Source: Prevotella sp.
GTDB taxonomy: Bacteria > Bacteroidota > Bacteroidia > Bacteroidales > Dysgonomonadaceae
Reading direction: 5' to 3'
Assembly (NCBI GenBank): GCA_031285625.1
Contig: JAITVV010000092.1
Coordinates: 157,679-221,678 of the forward strand
Length of the DNA stretch: 64,000 nt
Every line of letters begins with the position of its first letter. The stretch's first letter is position 1. Both the position numbers and the translations under genes were made by a program. This document shows, piece after piece, positions 28,582-35,858 of the stretch. The notes under the pieces are model-generated. The model was not told where the DNA came from, did not search any database, and worked only from the letters and a program-made list of their open reading frames with translations.

Positions 28582-28777
28582 TACTCCTAATGAGATTCGA
28601 ACTCATATTCCCTTTCGGGCAGTACGGCTCTAAATACGCTTCCCTACTTTTCAGTTAAGAATTTCGGTGCATCTGTAAAATCTACCCATAACAACGCGCA
28701 GCTATTACGGGGCTATCCATACACTCTATGGTAAGTCTAAATTTTGCCACAGGCTTTTCCTTTTAAGCTATAGGAGC
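28582..28777 (-). ncRNA. tRNA-like RNA (Leu-type body) with a 119-nt structured segment in place of the anticodon loop
   Basis: Acceptor GCUCCUA/UAGGAGU + A73; D arm GCUU/AAGC; anticodon stem UGUGG/CCGUA; variable arm CCC-GAAA-GGG; T arm AUGAG-UUCGAAU-CUCAU. Confidence 0.75.
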
Positions 28778-28784
28778 AAATTAT

Positions 28785-28935
28785 AAACGAGGTAACAGGC
28801 GAAAAGAGACTGTTTATCCTGCTCTACCACTGAGCTACACTCCCGTTAATTTGTATTACTGAGAGAGTGAGGGGACTCGAACCCCCGACCCGGGCATTAA
28901 AAGTGCGAAGTAACTCTAATCTACGACACTCGTTT
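28785..28935 (-). ncRNA. YrlA-like Y RNA with a complete circularly permuted tRNA module
   Basis: Ends AAACGAG/CUCGUUU; frame; GGGUC-[GGGGG UUCGAGU CCCCU]-[CACUCUC..18 nt..GGGAGUG]-UA-[GCUC AGUGGUA GAGC]-A. Confidence 0.87.
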
Positions 28936-28972
28936 TATGCTTTGTATATGAATGATCGCTTGTTTGATGATA

Positions 28973-29008
28973 CAAAGTAAAAGCACCGGAGCGCAGTGTT
29001 TTTGCGTA
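28973..29008 (-). promoter_or_regulatory. promoter (-7-like TTACTTTG) with operator AGCGCA-N7-TGCGTA (28990-29008)
   Basis: Third copy of the Ro60/Y-RNA operator at the same spacing. Confidence 0.7.
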
Positions 29009-29199
29009 CAGATATTTATTTGATAAATAATTTTAGAAATAGTTATGATAAGACTAATAATCAACATTTTGTACAAAACATTATATAAATAGTGAGACAA
29101 CTACAATTATCATATTTATAAATTTCATATGAGTTGTTAATTAAAAATACAAAGATAATGTCTTACTTTGTGCCACATTAATAACACAACTAACTACAC

Positions 29200-29886
29200 A
29201 TGATAAGAATAACCATTTTATCGATCCTTCTCCTTGTAATATCCCAAAATATACAGGCACAATCTGAAACAATCACAGACAGTATCTACATAAAAGCAGA
29301 TGAAATGCCTCAGTTTCCCGGTGGTGAAGAGGCTTTAGTCAGACATATATCATCCAATTTAAGCTATCCTCGAATAGCGATCGAGGCAGGCGTACAAGGC
29401 CGTGTGGTTGCACGCTTTGTTGTCGGGGCAACAGGTCTGGTCAGAGATATAGAAATTATGAGAAGTCTACACCCTGAATGCGACAAAGAAGTAATAAGGG
29501 TAATAAACCTGATACCACAATGGATACCTGGGAAAATGGATGACGAAAATGTCTCAGTCTACTTTACCTTACCTGTAATCTTCCGGCTACCGCATGATTA
29601 TATAACAGATGATGAAAATGATTCAACAGAGGAGTATGATTCAACTGAGGATATTATTTTGACCGAAAGTGAGTATGGACCAGCTGACTCAGCGGAAGAA
29701 TTCATTTCGAATTTCGAGCGCTTTATGAATGAGATTTATTTATTACCCGATCCCGATAATTATGTAAATGACTTTAATACAATAAGTAAAGACTATATAA
29801 AATTTCAGGATCAACTCAACGAAGAGCAGGTTATGCAATTAGTAAAAATACTGGAAGATGCACAGAAACAGGAAAAAGAAAAGTAA
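29200..29886 (+). CDS. TonB C-terminal domain protein with acidic tail
   Basis: MPQFPGGEEAL, YPRIAIEAGVQGRVVARFVV, WIPGK...VYFTLPVIF. Confidence 0.85.
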   Translation: MIRITILSILLLVISQNIQAQSETITDSIYIKADEMPQFPGGEEALVRHISSNLSYPRIAIEAGVQGRVVARFVVGATGLVRDIEIMRSLHPECDKEVIRVINLIPQWIPGKMDDENVSVYFTLPVIFRLPHDYITDDENDSTEEYDSTEDIILTESEYGPADSAEEFISNFERFMNEIYLLPDPDNYVNDFNTISKDYIKFQDQLNEEQVMQLVKILEDAQKQEKEK

Positions 29887-29894
29887 ATAGTTAT

Positions 29895-31742
29895 CTATTG
29901 TTTTTCTGTGGCTGCCTGAACAGCAGACATTACTCTTAAGAAATTGCCACCCCATATTTTTGCGATATCTTCATCCGAGTATCCTCTTTCCAGAAGCTTT
30001 ACTGTTATATTAATCATATCATTACTCCCATTGCAGCCAATGAGTCCGCCGCCGCCATCAAAATCGGAAGCGATACCTACATGGTCTATTCCTGCCACTC
30101 TGACTGCATAATCTATATGGTCGACAGCATCCTCTAATGAGGCTTTCTTCCTGTCCTTATTGATGAATAAGTCTACCAGACAAATCTGTACTACTCCACC
30201 ATTCTTGGCTATCGCCTGCATCTGCTTATCAGTCAGGTTACGGTCATTAAAACACAACGCTTTTACGGATGAATGAGAAGCAATAATAGGTTGGGTAGAC
30301 AGATTGATGACATCCCAGAAAGTCTTTTCCCCGGCATGTGATACATCTATCATTACACCCAGACGGTTCATTTCCCTGATAACTTCTTTACCAAAGGGAC
30401 TCAGGCCGTTCCATTCATGATTCGATTTACTTGAAGTATCGCATATATCGTTATCCCTCGTATGGCAGAGTGTAATGTAATTTACACCCATTTCTTTAAA
30501 CCGGGCTATATTTGATATATCCTTTCCTATTCCATAGCCATTCTCTATCCCGATAAATATAGCTTTCTTACCGAACTTCTTTATACGCATTAAATCTTCG
30601 GCAGTATAGGCTATCTCACAGATATCCTTATTATTCTCTACCTGAGTATGTATACCTTTTATCAGTCCTTCTATCTTATCAACAGCCTTTTGTGACGATA
30701 CCTTATCGCGCGGGCCCTGGCCTGTATAGGCAGCAAAGAAAATAGCATCAAGCATCCCCTCCTCCATCTTCGGGATATTCACCTGGTTAGCTTCACGTTT
30801 ACCGATATCAAAGCCTGCTTTCTTAAACTCTAATGGAGTGTCACAGTGTGTATCAATAGTGAAAATACGCTTATGCAGTTCTTTTGCCTTACGGAAAGTC
30901 TCTGCTTCATTTACAATAAAGCTGAACAGCTTCAGCATGGTTGTATCACCTCCCCAGACATGCCCTTCGGGGTGCCATTGCACGCCCATAATCTTCCGGT
31001 TGGGATAGGCCTCTATCGCCTCAACAATTCCATCAGAGGTCTTTCCTACAACGTTGAAACCAGGAGCAACATCTTTAACACCCTGATGATGGTATGTATT
31101 TGTGGAAACTTCCGTTAACCCTAGTATTTTAGCCAGTTGAGAATCTTTTGTAATGGAAACAATATGTGTACCGACATCTCTTGGTTCACTCTGACTGTGT
31201 TTTATACTTTTATCCTTGTGCTGGGTGGGTATATCCTGATAGAGTGTACCACCAAAAGCTACATTCATAGCCTGCTCTCCCCTGCAAATACCCAACAAAG
31301 GAATGTTACGGTCTGTAGCCATCTTTAACAGCACCAAATCGTAGATGTCACGTATAGAGTCTATATCATTCATATCGGGTATAGCCCGCTCTTTGTAATA
31401 ACGCGGGTCGAAATCCCCTCCTCCAATCATTACCAGTCCATCTAAATCCTTTATAATATCCCTTAATATAAGCCCATCTGACATCACCGGAATAATAACA
31501 GGTCTGCCACCTGCTTTAAGTACAGCATGAATATATGTACCAGCAACACTGGAGCCGCCACTTTGAGTATGGCTTGCAGATACACCAATAAGTGGTTGCT
31601 TCTTAGCCCTTAAATCTACAAAACGTGAATCGGTATACTCATATAGTTTCTGAAGGTCAGGTGTTAAAACGTCCTGCCCTCTTAGCGGTAAGAAACTTAT
31701 TAATAATACTATAACAGATATATAGAATATGACTTTTTTCAT
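29895..31742 (-). CDS. fusion of C26 gamma-glutamyl hydrolase (class I GATase) and M19 membrane dipeptidase
   Basis: LGICRGEQ, HHQGV, GVQWHPE; then IDTHCD, IENG, DVSH, ASHS, GIASDFDGGG, IWGGNFLRV. Confidence 0.9.
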   Translation of the reverse strand: MKKVIFYISVIVLLISFLPLRGQDVLTPDLQKLYEYTDSRFVDLRAKKQPLIGVSASHTQSGGSSVAGTYIHAVLKAGGRPVIIPVMSDGLILRDIIKDLDGLVMIGGGDFDPRYYKERAIPDMNDIDSIRDIYDLVLLKMATDRNIPLLGICRGEQAMNVAFGGTLYQDIPTQHKDKSIKHSQSEPRDVGTHIVSITKDSQLAKILGLTEVSTNTYHHQGVKDVAPGFNVVGKTSDGIVEAIEAYPNRKIMGVQWHPEGHVWGGDTTMLKLFSFIVNEAETFRKAKELHKRIFTIDTHCDTPLEFKKAGFDIGKREANQVNIPKMEEGMLDAIFFAAYTGQGPRDKVSSQKAVDKIEGLIKGIHTQVENNKDICEIAYTAEDLMRIKKFGKKAIFIGIENGYGIGKDISNIARFKEMGVNYITLCHTRDNDICDTSSKSNHEWNGLSPFGKEVIREMNRLGVMIDVSHAGEKTFWDVINLSTQPIIASHSSVKALCFNDRNLTDKQMQAIAKNGGVVQICLVDLFINKDRKKASLEDAVDHIDYAVRVAGIDHVGIASDFDGGGGLIGCNGSNDMINITVKLLERGYSDEDIAKIWGGNFLRVMSAVQAATEKQ

Positions 31743-31745
31743 TGT

Positions 31746-31976
31746 TTATTTTATCTCATTATTTATCAACGTTCCCAGTAAAGCAGCTAAAGTATTATCA
31801 TTTATACATTTATTAGCTATATTCCATTCCTCTCCATCAAATTTGGAAATTACAATCCAATTGCCTGCATCAAATCTGAATGTATAATACATAAAGTCTG
31901 TACATTTATCAACATTACCTTCAATAGTAACATTATATACTTTATTGTCAATCGTAATATTCGTTGTTTTCCGCAT
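31746..31976 (-). CDS. small hypothetical protein
   Basis: ORF abutting the C26-M19 gene; start probably at MRKTT. Confidence 0.5.
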   Translation of the reverse strand: MRKTTNITIDNKVYNVTIEGNVDKCTDFMYYTFRFDAGNWIVISKFDGEEWNIANKCINDNTLAALLGTLINNEIK

Positions 31977-31996
31977 TATCAAATACTTTATATACA

Positions 31997-32044
31997 AAAA
32001 GTGACAAAAGTGACAGTTTTTATATGTTTCTTTATTGTTACTTT
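31997..32044. repeat. dispersed intergenic element, copy 4
   Basis: AAAAGTGACAAAAGTGACA-N20-TGTTACTTT, extra TGTTAC half-sites to about 32068. Confidence 0.7.
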
Positions 32045-32107
32045 TTCTTCTTTTGTTACTTGTTAACTTGTATCTCGTACCTTGTCAACTTTCTCATTTA
32101 TAATAAT

Positions 32108-33352
32108 TTATTCCACTTTCATTACTTCTTTCCTTACCCAATCCTTTCCTTCTGCCAAACGTGTCACCATCATAGCACAAACAACATTCCCGGTAGAATT
32201 AAGCAAAGTAGCAGGCACATCTATTATCGTACTAATAATCATCAGGGTAGCCGCAAACTCAGGCGAAAAGCCAAAAATAGAACAGATGAGTAGTTCCCCG
32301 GTCATGCCTCCACTTGGGATAGCTCCGACAACAGCTGCCGCTAAAACCGCAACACCTATAATCATAAATATATTGGACGATGTGGTTATTTCCTGCCCGA
32401 ATATAGTAAACAGGAAGATAATCTTCAACACGCCACCTATGATAGAACCATCCTTGTGCATATTCGTACCCAATGGTATTACGGTTTCGGCAATACCTGC
32501 AGGAACTCCTATACGTTTCGAGGCCTCTATATTTACAGGAATACATGCTGCACTGGAAGATGTGGCAATTGCAGTAAGAGACGGGGTTATTATATTTTTC
32601 CAAAATTCAACAAAACCTTTCTTTCCCCCTGCCCAGAATACATAGAGGGAATTCAACCCGAAAAAGCTGATTCCGGTAAGAATAAGGAAAAGGATAAAAA
32701 CATGCATATATCCGTTCAATATCTGTCCGCCAAGTTTCCCGACCGTATCGGCAAAATAACAGCCAAGACCAATAGGCGCAGCCTTCATAATAATATCCAT
32801 CATCTTCATGATAACATGGGTTGACGCATTCAGGAAGTCGGCTACCAACTTCCCTTTATCCCCAGAAAAGGCTGTTGCCAGACCAAAAAAGATAGAAAAT
32901 ATAATCAGGGGTAACAGATTTGATTTGGTAAACAGTTGCTGAAAATCGGATACAGTAAAAATATTAACAAATATTTCGGCTGATGTCATTTGCTTTACAG
33001 TCTGTTCCGGTAAACCCAATAATAGTTCCGACTGATTAATCCCGTCAAGAGGATTGTATAATAATGTAAACAGATAAGATACGGCTGCTGCCACAATACC
33101 TGTAAACAGGAAGACAAAGACAATACTCCCGATAACTTTCCCTACCATATTGGAATCCCGCATATTGTATATAGAGGACACCACACTGAAAAACACAAGC
33201 GGCACAATAAGCACAAACATCAGGTTAAGGAATATATCCCCTACAGGCTTAACAACGGAAGTTGCTTCTCCGAAAATTATTCCGCAAATACCTCCTATCA
33301 GTATTCCACAAAGCAGAAGGATAGTAAATGCATAGTTTTTCAAAATATTCAT
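32108..33352 (-). CDS. dicarboxylate/amino acid:cation symporter (DAACS)
   Basis: PVGDIFLNLMFVLIVPLVF, TSSSAACIP, PLGTNMHKDG, LLNSTGN. Confidence 0.92.
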   Translation of the reverse strand: MNILKNYAFTILLLCGILIGGICGIIFGEATSVVKPVGDIFLNLMFVLIVPLVFFSVVSSIYNMRDSNMVGKVIGSIVFVFLFTGIVAAAVSYLFTLLYNPLDGINQSELLLGLPEQTVKQMTSAEIFVNIFTVSDFQQLFTKSNLLPLIIFSIFFGLATAFSGDKGKLVADFLNASTHVIMKMMDIIMKAAPIGLGCYFADTVGKLGGQILNGYMHVFILFLILTGISFFGLNSLYVFWAGGKKGFVEFWKNIITPSLTAIATSSSAACIPVNIEASKRIGVPAGIAETVIPLGTNMHKDGSIIGGVLKIIFLFTIFGQEITTSSNIFMIIGVAVLAAAVVGAIPSGGMTGELLICSIFGFSPEFAATLMIISTIIDVPATLLNSTGNVVCAMMVTRLAEGKDWVRKEVMKVE

Positions 33353-33366
33353 TCGTCAATTCTTAT

Positions 33367-33458
33367 TAGGCCTCAGACCTATTAATTATTTTGGTAAGTA
33401 AGACAATAAATCATTACAATTTAAATTATATCATCAAATACTTACTGGTACTTATAAG
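33367..33458. repeat. same about 90-bp intergenic element, copy 3
   Basis: TAGGCCTCAGACCTATT...TATCATCAAATACTTA...ATAAG matches 22707-22800. Confidence 0.6.
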
Positions 33459-33562
33459 TCAACAAAAATACTGTTTCATTCCGAAATAATTGTAGTAAAA
33501 GGAGATAGATTTAAGATAGGGTAATAACCTTTAAAAATAAAGAAGTTTTTTTCTCATAAGCC

Positions 33563-33592
33563 TTGCTATTATAAGAAAAATGCATATATTTG
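33563..33592 (+). promoter_or_regulatory. Bacteroidetes sigmaA promoter for tRNA-His
   Basis: TTG (-33) and TATATTTG (-7). Confidence 0.7.
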
Positions 33593-33610
33593 CACCGCAA
33601 TTGCAAAAAT

Positions 33611-33685
<75 letters not shown>

Positions 33686-33689
33686 CTGT

Positions 33690-33721
33690 AAAAGAAACTG
33701 TTAAAACAAACAGTTTCTTTT
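33690..33721 (+). terminator. terminator after tRNA-His
   Basis: AAAGAAACTGTT/AACAGTTTCTTT IR plus T run. Confidence 0.75.
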
Positions 33722-34208
33722 CTTTTTATAAGAAAAAACTGCATCTACAGCCATATTCCGCAAAAAAGAGTACAAGTAAAAGACTCTGATTTACTGACAA
33801 TTACAAAACTTAACTTTTTTTTCAAAAAAATAATTTACTTTTTATTCCCTTTGAATATTGTATTTGTAAAAATAATAACTACATTTGCAAAGATGATTTT
33901 AACACTAAATCATGTAAGACAACAAACTTTATAAAACTTAATTTAAAAACCATTCAAGAAATAGAGGAAACCCAGAATTAATATTTTAACACTAGAGGAA
34001 ATCAAATTGTAATTAACAATTATAATTTTTATATAAACAGATAATAGAAATCTATTATCACATATGATGATTTGTTTGTAAAAACAGTTGTCGGTGTACT
34101 TTGTGTACACAATAAATAAGGAAATCAGAGGAAATCAAATTTAAAACAACAAGACTAAAGTAGTAGGAAATCAAGACTTAAATACACAAACAATTAACTT
34201 TTACATTT

Positions 34209-35435
34209 ATGACAACAAGCAATTTTTTTAATTGGTCATCAGTCCGTTCTGCCGGATTAACAATGAAAACTAAAACAATGAAAACTAAGACATTAGCCTA
34301 CCTATGTATTGCTTTTGCCTGCTTTATGTTTATAGGTAATGCTAAAGCACAGGTAACAATAGGTTCAGGATTAGCACCTGAAGGAGGATCACTGTTAGAT
34401 ATGAAAGAAGACCCAACAGTTCCATTTGCAAATAATGCAACATCTACGAAAGGGATGCTTTATCCTCGCGTAGAACTTAATGATGCTTATAGAACAGATT
34501 TACATCCCATGTATGATGTAAGCAGTGCAGACTATAACACAAATAAAGCAAATTTAAAGAAAAGCCACACAGGACTTATTGTATTTAACGTAACCACAAG
34601 TTCATACTTCTCTCCTGGATTGTATTTTTGGAGTGGTATAGAATGGAGAAGAATGGATGATAGTCCTGCAGTGGAAGCTTCTGTAACAGATTTACTTTGT
34701 ACGAATGCCATAATGTCGCCTAGTAGTTATTCTACTGGAGTTCCATTTGATGGGATTGTAAAGATTCCATATATTGGAGGAACTGGTGGAGCATATGATG
34801 GAACAGTTCCTATTGGAGGTACAGCGGCGACAAACAATTTATATATTGAAAGAATAGGTGGTAAATTAAACTATGGAGGTGGGGAGGTTATGTACCGTAT
34901 ATCTGGTACACCATCTGTTTCATCCCCTACAACCACCACATTTCCAATTAACTTTTTAGGTAAAACTTGTAATGTAACTGTTGGTAGTGGAGTATCGTCT
35001 GTAAATATAAAGAATCTAACAAGTGATGCAGTAATTTCGAGACCTTTTGATCCAAATACTGATGATTCTGCAAATGCAAACACTCTCACTTTTGGAGAGA
35101 TAACTATTACAGAAGCTGGAAGTTATGCCTTTTCATTAAGACTCTACGGTCGCTTAAGTCAAGATGGAGCTGGTCGTTGGCCTTTCTATATATATCTACA
35201 AAAAAATAATAAATCTACAGTAATAGACGCTGCTGAGATTGATTTGGTAACAGTTCAGTTAGGTCATATCTACCGAGATTATAGTTATAGTGTAACATTA
35301 GGTGGGATTTATGAGGTAGGTGATAAAGTTATAATAAGTATGCATAAACCAGAAACTGGACCAAGTTGGACATTAAGCCAAGGACCAAATTCTACTTCCC
35401 CTGTGCGTACCAGTCTTATTTACTGGAAACTGTAA
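34209..35435 (+). CDS. secreted hypothetical protein; true start probably at one of the MKTKT codons (34263 or 34278)
   Basis: Signal peptide ending AKA-QVTIGS; GSLLDMK, KGMLYPRV, HTGLIVFN, PGLYFWSGIEW pattern seen in Bacteroidetes surface proteins. Confidence 0.75.
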   Translation: MTTSNFFNWSSVRSAGLTMKTKTMKTKTLAYLCIAFACFMFIGNAKAQVTIGSGLAPEGGSLLDMKEDPTVPFANNATSTKGMLYPRVELNDAYRTDLHPMYDVSSADYNTNKANLKKSHTGLIVFNVTTSSYFSPGLYFWSGIEWRRMDDSPAVEASVTDLLCTNAIMSPSSYSTGVPFDGIVKIPYIGGTGGAYDGTVPIGGTAATNNLYIERIGGKLNYGGGEVMYRISGTPSVSSPTTTTFPINFLGKTCNVTVGSGVSSVNIKNLTSDAVISRPFDPNTDDSANANTLTFGEITITEAGSYAFSLRLYGRLSQDGAGRWPFYIYLQKNNKSTVIDAAEIDLVTVQLGHIYRDYSYSVTLGGIYEVGDKVIISMHKPETGPSWTLSQGPNSTSPVRTSLIYWKL

Positions 35436-35858
35436 GAAATCAGAAACATACAGTTAACACACAAAGTTAACAGTTGGCAAAATAATAAAAAGAAACTACT
35501 TGATTTTAAGAAACCTCAGATAGTTTGTAATACTTTAGGTCGTTAAATGGAGTTGTTCTCGAAAGAGGCAATTCCATTTTTCTTTATTAGCTTTTATCAT
35601 ACAAACAAAGGAATATAAGTTGTAAGGAGGTAAAATATAAAAATAAATATTTGCAAAAAGTCATAGCAGCCACCAACTATATCACTATATATAAGCAAAA
35701 TGAGTAATTATTCTTTATAGAAAAGTCATATTTAAATTCTCTTTATTTTAACAATTAGAGTTTAAACTATCTTTGTATTTACATATATGAACTAGATATT
35801 GGATCCAACTTCTTATCAGAAAGTCAATACAAGAAAATTAATTAACCAGTAAAAATTT

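Noticed and set aside
28582-28777. tmRNA or group I intron call
   Set aside because: Too short; no GGGG/G3-U70 alanine acceptor or tag ORF; no group I core elements recognisable by eye.
34260-34292. 15-bp tandem duplication ACAATGAAAACTAA(A/G) encoding MKTKT twice
   Set aside because: In frame, two copies only; it affects start-codon choice and is not evidence of phase variation.
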